This document shows, piece after piece, positions 9,646 to 19,859 of a DNA stretch of 64,000 nt. Source of the DNA: Plasmodiophora brassicae (taxonomy: Eukaryota). The position numbers were made by a program, and so were the translations under genes. Under the pieces are notes generated by a model, which made no database searches, had not been told where the DNA came from, and was given only the letters and a program-made list of their open reading frames with translations. The number at the start of each line of letters is the position of its first letter. Position 1 is the stretch's first letter. Where the stretch lies: positions 496,001 to 560,000 of the forward strand of contig CP145415.1 in the NCBI GenBank assembly GCA_036867785.1, read 5' to 3'.

Positions 9646-11577
9646 ATGGCTGCGAAGAAGAGACGTCGGCCGACGAAGAAGAGGAAGGGGCCGGAGCTGA
9701 ACTATGGCCTGTTCCGGTCGCCAGTCCTGTACCCAGCCGGGCCGGTCGGCCAGGAGTTCTGGGAGCTGTTCCTGTCGTTACAGCCGAAGGAGCGCCCCGC
9801 GTTACAGCCCTGGGACGAACCACTGCGCTCGGCGCCGTTCGTCGAAGTGGACCGCATCGAGGACCTGCCGCTGCAGTCGCCAGACAACAATCTGACCCGA
9901 TGCCGCGTCCACCTTCCTTCGTCTTCTCCCTCAGGCTTCTCCACATGCCGGTCGTTGCCACCCTCTGGACGCGCCGTCGATCATCCATCGTTCGTCGACG
10001 TCGTCTGCCTGCCGTTCGCGATCGTCGGCCTGAAGAAGGCGGGGAACCCGTGCCCGCACGCCCTGTTCATCTCGGAGGACGACTACCAGATCGTCGGCGA
10101 CATGCTGAGCGTCGCGACACCGAATCTGATGGGCAACCCTGGCATCGGCAAGACCTGCCTGCACTACAAGATCCTGGCGTGCCTGATCCGACGCCCCGAC
10201 CTGCTGTCGCTGAACACCTGGCCGGAGACGCACCGGGTCGTCGTTCGCGTCGAGGGCACCCCGTCCGACTTCCAGACTCATTTCCATTACCTGGACGGCG
10301 GCCCGGTCCACACCTTGGACTTGCTCATCATCCCATCCGACCTGATCGAACGCGGCGACGTCCTGCTGCTGTACGAACCGGACCCGACGATGGTGTACCA
10401 GGCGCAGCAGATGGAGGTGCAGACGATCGCCACGATGCCGATCGCCGACTGCCCCGACCCGACCCGAATCGTGCTGCCGCCGTATGCACGACGCGACCCG
10501 GTCGCTGACGTATCCTGCTTCTACATGGCGAACCCGTCCGTCGAGCAATGCCTCCTCATGGCCGACGTCTTCCGTCTGGCGTCGTCCGACGACAACCACC
10601 ACCGCCTTCTGGATCGCCAGGCGGTCCTTGATCGCGTAGGGCAATTCGGCCCCGTCCCGAAGTACGTCCTGCCGACGAACGACGCCGCCGCCCGCCTGCA
10701 CAGCGACCTGCAACGCAGCAAGCTGACGACCATGTCGCTACAGGGCGCCCTGCAGGCCAAGTCCATCGTCGCCGATCGCAACTACGACGACTTCGCCGAC
10801 CCGTTCCTGCTGTCGCTGCATTCGAAACGGTCGCAGCCGGACCGGTACCGCAAGTTCCACCTGGACCTGGCCAGTCGCAAGGTCGAGGACGCCATCCGCC
10901 TCGAATTGCCCAAGTTCGACCTGAGAGCCGCCGCGAATCACGTGATCCGCTTCGGCGCCGGTGACACGTCGCTGTCGACCTGCCAGGTGACGCTCTGCTA
11001 CCAGGCGGTCTTCCTGCAGCTGGCGTGCACATCCGGCCTCGCCTGGGAAGACGCCACAACGACGTACTCGATGGTCTGCCACGAGCTCGACTGGCAGGGT
11101 GGCATCTACCCGCCCGTGTTCCGCGCGTTCGCCGTCAAGAAGCAACGTTGCCTTCAGGACGGGTCCATGACGTTCGCCAGCCTCGATGCCAGGTTCCTGT
11201 ACTTCCCGTCGGACTCGTCGTTCCCGTTCTTCGACGCGTTCTGGGTCGACGACCACAACAACCTGCACGGCCTGCAGACGACGGTGGGCGACCCGCGCCG
11301 GTTCCAGCTCGACGATTTCGTCGGCATGCTCGACCGGATGCAGATCACGGCCGAGCATCGCCCGAGCAAGATCGTCGCGCATTGCCTGCCGCTTCGCAGG
11401 GACGCGGACGCCATCGCCAACCTGAAGCCGGGCGCCTTCTGGGACAATGTTGACGACTACGCGCCGATCAAGGACACGGTCGGCCGGTTCGGCCTCGAGT
11501 TCCACGTCATCCGTGCCGCGCCGGGGTACCTGACACGGTCGTTCGACACGTTGCACGAGCTCGCAACGACGTCCTGA
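9646..11577 (+). CDS. Intronless Crinkler/RHS-type protein: basic NLS, P-loop NTPase and C-terminal restriction-endonuclease-like domain
   Basis: MAAKKRRRPTKKRKG; Walker A GNPGIGKT; Walker B-like LLLYEPD; FGPVPKYV; C-terminal YFPSDSSFPFFDAFWVD...LHGLQTTV, resembling the CR-REase FPxxD...QxT pattern. Confidence 0.75.
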   Translation: MAAKKRRRPTKKRKGPELNYGLFRSPVLYPAGPVGQEFWELFLSLQPKERPALQPWDEPLRSAPFVEVDRIEDLPLQSPDNNLTRCRVHLPSSSPSGFSTCRSLPPSGRAVDHPSFVDVVCLPFAIVGLKKAGNPCPHALFISEDDYQIVGDMLSVATPNLMGNPGIGKTCLHYKILACLIRRPDLLSLNTWPETHRVVVRVEGTPSDFQTHFHYLDGGPVHTLDLLIIPSDLIERGDVLLLYEPDPTMVYQAQQMEVQTIATMPIADCPDPTRIVLPPYARRDPVADVSCFYMANPSVEQCLLMADVFRLASSDDNHHRLLDRQAVLDRVGQFGPVPKYVLPTNDAAARLHSDLQRSKLTTMSLQGALQAKSIVADRNYDDFADPFLLSLHSKRSQPDRYRKFHLDLASRKVEDAIRLELPKFDLRAAANHVIRFGAGDTSLSTCQVTLCYQAVFLQLACTSGLAWEDATTTYSMVCHELDWQGGIYPPVFRAFAVKKQRCLQDGSMTFASLDARFLYFPSDSSFPFFDAFWVDDHNNLHGLQTTVGDPRRFQLDDFVGMLDRMQITAEHRPSKIVAHCLPLRRDADAIANLKPGAFWDNVDDYAPIKDTVGRFGLEFHVIRAAPGYLTRSFDTLHELATTS

Positions 11578-11732
11578 GGCGGCGTTACGTGCCGAAGATA
11601 CTTTCGTTCGCCTGCCGACTGCCCGTCAGCGCCGCTGGCACCACGATACCGCTCAGTGTAAGATTACACGCCACGCGACAGGGTTGGCGCATCCGACTGT
11701 TCTCACTCTCTTGCCCTTCACTTCACATATCG

Positions 11733-13516
11733 ATGATGCGGACGGTGCTGCTGATAGTGGTGGTGGTCGGCGTCTCGTATGGGCAGCTGGCCGACTGGTA
11801 CACGTGCCCAGCGTATGCCTGCCGCCCGCCCCACTGCCGCTGCGCCTCGTCGCGGTCGCCCGTCGACTCCCCGCCCATGTTCATCGTCCTCACGCACGAC
11901 GACGCCGTCCACAGTTTCTCGACGAACACGGTTCTGAACGGTGGGGCCTCGCATGCATTGCTCGGCAAGCGGCCCCCCACTCGTCGCCTGATATCGTATC
12001 GCAGTGGTTCGCGGGTTGTCGAACCCGAACGGGTGCGACCTGCCCGTCACCTGGTACGTGTCTGTCGAGTACACGCTGCCGCACCTGGTTCGGCACGTGT
12101 ACGACATGAACCATGAGATCGCGACGCACACGGTGCACCATGTCGGCCTGCCCGACCGGGACGAGATCGTCGGGTGCCGCAACTGGCTGCGGGACCAGGC
12201 CGGCATCCCCGAGCACGAGCTGCGAGGGTTCCGAGCCCCCTACCTCATGCACGACGTCCGGCAGAGGCGCACCCTGCACGACAACGGGTTCGCCTACGAG
12301 TCGTCCATCAACCAAGCCGCCGACAAACGGCAGTTGTTCCCGTACACGCTCGGTAGGCTGGTCCCCTCCCGGCGCGGGACCGGTGTAGTAGTACTGACAA
12401 CGGGATAGACCATGGCGTGGCGATCGACTGCTCGAAGGGGACAGGGCCGTGCGCCCCCGAGTAAGTCGTACAAGCGCCGGCCCCACACACGAGGGGGCAG
12501 CCGCCTGACCCGTTTCGCAGGGAATCGTATCCGGGAATGTGGTCGGTCCCGCTCTGGACGCTGCCGGGCGCCTCCAACTCGATGGACATCATCGGGGACG
12601 CCTACGAGCAGTACATGAACGAGGTTCGTCCCTGGGAGACGCGCACCTCCTTGCGACCGGCCTGCACTGACCGGCACGACAGTTCAACTCGAAGTACCAT
12701 GGCAACCGTTCGCCGCTGGGCGTCTTCTTCCACTCCGGATGGCTGGACGCGCACAGCGACCAGGTGCGACGGTTCCTCGCCGAGGTGACGTCGGCGCACG
12801 ACGACGTCTGGGTCGTGACCAACTGGCAGCTCATCGAATGGATGAAGAACCCGGTGTCGGCTGCAGAGGTACGTGCATCGCCGTATCACATGTTGGACCT
12901 GCGTGCTGATCGCCGGTTGCCCCAGTACCGATGGCAACAGACGCGGGCCCGGTTCTGCCCGCGATCCCCGCGTGGCCCCTTGCCGCCCGCCTCCGGGTGC
13001 CTGCACGGGACCTGGGACGGCGCCGCCTACCGCTGCGTCTGCCTCGGCGAAGGGAACCCGTCCGCCAACGGCTTCTGTCGCGGGTCGTCCGGTGCCTGCG
13101 ACGTCCCCAAGTCGTACGCCGACGGCGCGTTCACGTGCGACGGTGAACCAGAGGCGCCTGCCCAGCCCGATGGCCCGTCGTCGACGTCGGACGAGACGGA
13201 CGCGTCGCACAGCGAGCCGGCAACGACGGAACCGCCATATGCGAAACCGAAACTGACGATCCGCATCGAGATCAGCAAGGAGCGTCGGTCGTTCTGCGCC
13301 GACCTGATCGTGAAGAACGCCGGGCGGCAGGCATTGCAGAAGACGGTCCGGGTGCGTCGTGCGTTAACGGGTCGGTACGCGATCCGCGACGACGACAGCG
13401 ACGGCGGCATCGAGACCGATGGCAGGTCATACGTCGCGTGGCGTGTCCCGAACGGCCTGCGACGGGGACGTACCCATACGGTTTCCTTCTGCGCCGATGG
13501 GCGCCTGCGTACCTGA
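11733..13516 (+). CDS. Secreted chitin deacetylase-like polysaccharide deacetylase (CE4), with Cys-rich/EGF-like and possible carbohydrate-binding C-terminal modules; multi-exon
   Basis: Signal peptide MMRTVLLIVVVVGVSYG; CxxPxCRC; LTHDDAV; NPNGC; HEIATHTVHH; GFRAPYL; FPYTLD; NRSPLGVFFH; VWVVTNWQLIEWMKNP. Confidence 0.9.
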
Positions 13517-13900
13517 CAGCGTCGTCTGTCGATAAACCATATCGGAGTAGCCACTGTTTCCTTCCACGAGGCAGGAAACGCGAACGCCTGGCAGCGGAGC
13601 GGGCTGCTGCCAGCGTCGTCGTGCGTTCCCTCGGTTCCGTGCGCTTCAATGCCATCGGTTTCTATCACGAAGTACTTCTTCAGCGTGTCGGATGGTCGAG
13701 TCTGTCTAGACGGGTGCGCTGTTCGAAGGTGAGACGGTCAGAGATTGCGCTACTTTGATGCTTCGTGCCACGTCGATTCCCGTGTCAGTGTTGACGTCAG
13801 GCTCGTTCATAAAAAATCACCACGGAACAGTTATACGACGCGGTGCCCTAATATCCGCCAGCGGGCACGTGCCCGTCGTACACAACACTTCTTGACGTCG

Positions 13901-14143
13901 ATGCTGGCAGGGATCGTCGTTGCATTATGCGTACTACCGGGAACATCGGGGATGGACCTGCCGCAGCTGAGCAGCGACGTGTCGTTCAACCTCCCGCCGG
14001 GAACTAGCGTCGTGGCCATCGCGGCAGCCATCGCCATCATCATCGGCATCGTCATCATTTGCTGCATCTGTCGACGCCCGGCGTCCTGTTGTGCGACGCT
14101 GGCATGTTGCGTCGCCGGCGAGACCGTCTGTTGCTGCTGCTGA
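13901..14143 (+). CDS. Small single-pass protein with signal peptide, TM helix and Cys-rich tail (80 aa)
   Basis: MLAGIVVALCVLPGTSG...VVAIAAAIAIIIGIVIICCICRRPASCCATLACCVAGETVCCCC*. Confidence 0.65.
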   Translation: MLAGIVVALCVLPGTSGMDLPQLSSDVSFNLPPGTSVVAIAAAIAIIIGIVIICCICRRPASCCATLACCVAGETVCCCC

Positions 14144-14183
14144 CGATATTGCCCATCCAGTGAATGTATTCGGTTGGTCAGAG

Positions 14184-15322
14184 TCACGTCGGAGCGGGTG
14201 GCATAGGAAGAACAGCACAACACGTCCGTCGGGCGGGATCGACAGGACCAACCATGGCCCCACGCCGCCTGCTGACCGAATGGGTCATGAGCTGGCGCTG
14301 TCGATGTGCGACCTTGGCGGATAGCACGAATGAGGCGAGGCGATTCGCGGCGCTGATCGTTGTTCTCGCTGCGGATATCAGCGACCCCGGGTACCCGAGC
14401 AGCACGTCCACGAACAGGAACAGGACCTCCGTCGTCGCCAGGCCGTACTGCACGAATAGGAGCCAGATCGTCCAGTAGGCTGGCCTAGGCTGCTGTCCGG
14501 ACCTGGCCACTCCCGCCTTGGTCGCATTCTTCGTGAATGCTCGGAACACTGATGCCAATGGAATCAGTCAGCGGCGTTCGTTACCATATACGTAGAACTC
14601 GTGAGGACTTTCATAGGCCACCACGAACATGGTGGACATGTAGACCAGGTAGATTGCAACAAGGATGCAGAGCAGGACGGGGACGATGGTGACGTCGTGT
14701 TCCGGGTGGTTGTGGATGCGCACGAGATAGCAGCAATATTCCTTCGGCGTCATGCGCCCAGATAGCCGGGCGCCCAGGCACGCCGTCGCCACACTGAATG
14801 CAAAACTCCCCCATAGCAGGATCTGCCTGGCGTTGTTGAGGCGATTCGTGACGGTGGTACCGAAATAACGGCGACGAACCTCGGTGCACAGGTTGACGAT
14901 CAGAGAGGCCCGTGCGTCGTCAGCGAAGAAGCAGTGGTTGGTGCGACTGGCGAACAGGGACACATGTCCTATCAGGTCTACGAGCCAGGTCGTCAGCAAA
15001 TCGGGACCCGAATGCGAACCGACAAGGCCGGACCGGTGATGAAGACGGTGCTGTAGAGGGAGCAGAACCTCGGCACGACGAGTAATGCCATGGATGCCAT
15101 GCACGAGAGCAGGCAGACGACCGACCATTCCCGACATATTCGTGTAGCGGACCCGTTCATGACGGGTCGTATTCTCGTGTTATCTACCCAGATACGGTCA
15201 GCCCGGGGACCAGGTTACCCGGTACCCTGCAAATTACACGAGTGCAACGTCGCGAACGTGAGAATGATGACGGCCAGAAGCACGTTCTCCAGCGGCGCTG
15301 ACCAGGCACCGGACAACGACAT
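14184..15322 (-). CDS. Multi-pass membrane protein (7TM/GPCR-like); multi-exon
   Basis: Spliced model from ATG 15322 (MSLSGAWSAPLENVLLAVIILTFATL...) through ORFs 14568-15137 and 14184-14558 gives ~6-7 hydrophobic segments. No specific family recognised. Confidence 0.55.
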
Positions 15323-15563
15323 GCCGAGAGCACCGGCGACGACAACGTTCAGGTGTGCACTCCCGTAGCGGTCGGCTTAGAAACCAGTGAATATGTTTGG
15401 CAGGCACAGTAGGTAAGGGTCAGAACAGGTCGCGCGCCCCATAACTCAACAAGCGACCCTTTCCCGATCCGGTGGCGTGGCGGGACACCCAGTGACAAGG
15501 ACGGGCCTCAAACCGACAGTTATGATAGAATCGACCAGCCGTATCCCGAAACCGTGCCGTCGC

Positions 15564-16905
15564 TCAGAAATCGTCGAAGGCTGCCTGGTCGGCGTCGTCG
15601 ATGGCATCCTCGTCATCATCGGTGTCGTCCGGATGGGCGAACGGGGGCCCTCGTCGGCGAAACACCGAATCGTCTAACCCTGCCGGGGCGACTGTTAGGC
15701 GTTGGGTGGCAATACAGGTAATGGCGGCGAGCACCTTTCAGGAACTCATGGGATGCCAACTCGCATGCCGTCGGGCGATCGTGCTGGTCAACCGTCATGG
15801 CGGATCGCAGGAAGCCTTCCAGAGTGGCGTCGCACTGCTCCGGGAACATCAGATCGCCTCTGAGGATCTGTAACCCCCGCTCAGCACGACGAATGACGCC
15901 GGTGGTGCCAGGCGACCTTGTTGAAGACGCCTTCCGCGGATGCGTCTTGGAACGGGTGCTCGGAGAAGGCCATCTGGTAAATTGTGACGCCGAACGCCCA
16001 GATGTCGACCCTGTCGTCGAACGGCGCCCCCTCAGCGCTCAGGTCCCGATGCCGGCGAACCATCTCGGGTGCCCAGTAGATCTCTGTGCCGCACAGAGTG
16101 GTACATCTGCCATCACGACGACGCATTAGAGCCCAGTCACGACCGAGGCACCTCTCGAGACGGACCTGGCGTCCGCCACGATCCGCTTCGACAGGCCGAA
16201 ATCGCATAGCTTCAGGTGGCCATCGTTCGTCCTGGATCAGCGTCAGCCTGATGTGTCCCAGCAGTCGGAGCGGTTCCCTCCCACAGGAGCAGGTTGCCCG
16301 GTTTGATATCCCGATGCAGAACGCCAGCGGTCGTGTGCAGGTACCTGATGGCGGACAGCAGTTCGTAGGCGTACACGCGCAGCGATTCGAGCGGGATCCC
16401 TGAATGGCATCGCTGGAGCAAACGGCGTGTCGTCGCACGCGACGTGCCGCTGTACCTGAACCAGATCGTTCGATCTGGTTGGTGATGCACCCGCCCGAGC
16501 ACCACTCCATTGCAAGATACAGGTACGCGTCGTCCTTCATCGTGCAGAACCTGAGAGCACGCGGGCGACGCCGCTTGAGACGACGATGGGGCCGAGGCGA
16601 CGTGGGCGACTGGTCCGTACAGGCGCACGATGGCGGGATGTGCGATGGACATCAGGATGGATTTCTCGTCGAGGACGCGCTGCGGGTTCGTGATCGTCGC
16701 GCGCGCTATGCGCTTGACGGCGAGCTGGACGCCTGCCTGCCTGGCCGTGTAGAGGAAGACCTGCGAGTTCGCGCCGCGCCCTGCGCGCCATGGCGTCAGA
16801 CGGCGGCAAGGTGTTAGCAGGAGCAGTAGACGCCCGACCAATGGGCCGTTCCCGGGCGAGGTCCAGGTCGGCGAGCTGCCATGGCGGGCTGCCGATGTTC
16901 GCCAT
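15564..16905 (-). CDS. Ser/Thr protein kinase (AGC/Aurora-like, cytosolic); multi-exon
   Basis: IGRGANSQV, LAVKRI, HPAIVRL, VLHRDIKPGNLLL, LKLCDFGLS, TLCGTEIYWAPE, DIWAFGV; acidic tail ending AFDDF*. Confidence 0.92.
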
Positions 16906-17114
16906 TGGAGGGACCTGGGCACCTGACGGACGTGTCGTCGTATGCGGCGCCTGCACTGAGACGGACAGTTCAGGCTGGCGGCGGCATCCGGGACGGGTTC
17001 CCCCGCCGCCTTGGCACACACACACTCATGTTGATCAGATCCGATGGTCTACGGGCGCGGGGCGTTCTAACCAACGAACGGTACTTCCGGAGGATCGCCA
17101 TTGCGAATTGTTTC

Positions 17115-17212
17115 GGACCACGCGACAGGCCAAGCCAGGTGCCTACAACGTCGTTGTCGTCCACCATTCGTGGACAGCTGATAGCCCCCTGGCTGGGCCT
17201 GTCGCGTGGACC
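17115..17212. repeat. 25-bp inverted repeat (23/25 match) with a 48-nt spacer
   Basis: GGACCACGCGACAGGCCAAGCCAGG (17115-17139) pairs with CCTGGCTGGGCCTGTCGCGTGGACC (17188-17212). Confidence 0.9.
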
Positions 17213-17367
17213 GTCCTGCAAGCTATGCGGTAAGCGCGGGCACAACTCGAGGACGTGTCCCCGGGGAGACTCTTCACATCAGGAGCCCCTTGCCGGATAG
17301 TCGAGCGGCCAGCAAAGTATTCCTGAGGTGTGCTGCGTTCGAGCGGGCGCACTTTGCGCAGCTGCAC

Positions 17368-18268
17368 ATGCGATCCGTGGCGCGTGCGGCTGCAGCTGCT
17401 GCGTCGTTCGACGAGCGCAAACGCCGCATCCTGTCATGCCGCGGTGACAAATCGCCCAAGGGGTCCATCGATGACCTCGTCCTGCCCATCATGGACGTCG
17501 TCAATCAGTGGTGGGGCACGGGCGTCGATGTCGTCGTCGTTGCTGGGGCACTGACGCGTTCGGTGCAGTGACGACTTTGTCACGACGTCGAGCTGTTCCG
17601 GCAGGGTGGCCGTCTACGTCGACTGTGACCCGGAGGATGTGTCCCGCAAGGTAAAGAAGGGCGGTGTGTGGCTGTTCGTCAGTCATGACGCTCTGCCAGT
17701 CGACGATGTCGTCTGCACGATCTTCCCGCGTCATTCCGAAGGCGACGGCACGCTGCGCTTCTGCGTCGACGAGTACCCGGACGCGTCCGCTCCGCTGGTC
17801 TACTTCAAGTTCGAACCGTTCATCCTCCATGTCGCATCACGATCCGAGCAGGCCGCCCAGGCCTTCCTGGCAACGTCCCTGCGGGCCGGTTATGGCAATT
17901 CCGGCATCCAGAAGCTCAACGTCCAGGTGCGGGACACGCTTAAGCTCGACGTGCCCATTGGCACGTACTCGGGCGACACCATCAGCCTGTTCGTCTCGAA
18001 GCCGTACATCGAGCTGCTCTCCCGGTTGGCGAACGATAAGTTCCGGGAGAACGTCGCCAAACTCGACAGGTACCAGGCGATCATTGCGAGCGGCCTCGTC
18101 TTCGGGCCGTCGATGACGAGCGAAACGCGCGCGGAACGCATCGAACGGAATCGTTCGGCCGGCATGGTCGCTGGCGCCGGTCGGCGGGAACAGAGACGGC
18201 ACGCGCGCGACAGCGACAGCGACAGCGAACCGTCAGCCGCCGATGACGAAATGAACCCATTCCCGTAG
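17368..18268 (+). CDS. TYW3: tRNA wybutosine-synthesizing protein 3 (methyltransferase), two exons
   Basis: FDERKRRILS...DKSPKGSID...FVTTSSCSGRV...GGVWLFVSH...FKFEPFILHV...AGYGNSG...ANDKFREN. Confidence 0.93.
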
Positions 18269-18404
18269 CGTTGCTGTCCTGTGCACGTCCATAGGTAGTC
18301 GGGTCGGGGCAGTGGGCAAACGGTCACAGCCCAGCGAAAGGCGGGGCCACCGGGAGCGCGCAACCTCAGCACCTGGTTGACGAATGCTCCGACAACGTCG
18401 CCTG

Positions 18405-19770
18405 ATGTCGCCGATCTGGCTGGTGATCGTCGCGGGCGTCCTGGTGGGATCTGGCAACAGTGCGGCCACGTACCCGAAGGCGTTGCACGTCGTCGTGACC
18501 GCACAGGCGCAAACAGGTCTGTCGCGTTCGACGGCGCCTGAGCGGCGGCAACGACGGCTAACGGGGGCGAATCCAGACATCGTGATTCAGCTGCTGCCGA
18601 ATGCCACGGGCGGGTACCCGATCCTGGCGACGCAGATCGGGTCGGTGCCCTCGTCCGGGGCACTGTATCAGCTGTCCCAGGTGAGGACTATCGTGCCGAC
18701 CGGGCGCTGGGTCGATTGACGATGATCCCAGGTGTACGCCGTCTACGGGTACATGCCGCAGAAGGGGACCCAAATCACGTCGTCGTATACGAACGTGTCA
18801 TCGCTGGCGTCGAACCGTGTGCTGTTCTCCGCGCCGATCGGCTTCACTGGTGCGAATTTCACGTACTACGCCATCAACAAGTATGGCATGTCGACCAGCG
18901 CGGGCATTGTGTACATCACGGTCGACGGCAGTGCCGTGTCGAGCCCGTTCACGACGAGCAACGAGAACTGGTTCGTCGTGTACGACGCCACTGCCAGCGC
19001 CGGGTGGAGCGCCACCAGCATCGGTCAGCGCTTGCAATCGCTCGGTGCCGGGCGGCGACCGATTCACGTTCCGATAGGGAACCTGAACCATTTCATATAC
19101 TCCGATTCGATCCCGTACGTGGTCGGCTCGGCGAACACGGCAAGGTGGTCGTTCACGGCGCCCAGCAAATTCAGGTACGGCGATGCACACATCTGCCCAG
19201 ACGGCCCGACCCGAACGCCAACGCGCGACCACAGCGGAAACTTCGAGCGTGCCTACAACGGGTACATCTCGTTCTGGTTGACGAGTTTCGCCGGGGACTT
19301 CACGACGAGCGTGTACCCGAACCCGAAAACGTTCGTCGCGTTAACGTGTGCGACGTGCGCCTCGGGCGCCGGGATCACCCTGGCCCAGCGTAACATCACC
19401 TGGGTTGGCGACACGCGACTCTTCAACTTTACGTTGAACGAGCAGCCGATCAACGGCTGGAAGAAGGACCCGAAGAGCGTTTTCCTGGTGGGGTTGACGA
19501 ACGGCGCGTGTCGCAAACGTCCACCGGTCGCTGACGGCTGGTGTCGCAGTCGTGGACAACGCCGACGAACTGTGATTTCTTCAACGTGCTGTCAGGGCTG
19601 TCGTCGGTCGCCATCTACCCGGACGTCTCAACGGGCCAGGAATCCGTCGGCCTCGATGACGTCCGCATCGTCTTTGGGCAAAGTAAGCAGACGCGCACGC
19701 ATGTGCCGATTCCCGTTCCGTCTAACCGCTTGGGCTCGCAGCTGATAACTCGGTTTCCTGCTACCCTTAA
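18405..19770 (+). CDS. Secreted protein with an Ig/cadherin-like repeat and a laminin B (domain IV)-like domain; multi-exon
   Basis: Signal peptide MSPIWLVIVAGVLVGSG; ANFTYYAINKYG..SAGIVYITV; WSFTAPSKFSGNFERAYNGYISF; FFNVLSGLSSVAIY...VGLDDVRI. Confidence 0.65.
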
Positions 19771-19859
19771 TTCTAATAACAAAGCCGCCGAGGTTTCATC
19801 CCAACCGGGAAGCGATGCATGTGTAAGTAGGTAGTGGATTGATATGAGCGCCGGTGGAT

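Noticed and set aside
9931-11556. Long antisense ORFs opposite the CRN-like gene; similar cases at 7622-8335, 27942-28625 and 32154-33125
   Set aside because: These are shadow ORFs expected from high GC3 and have no family motifs.
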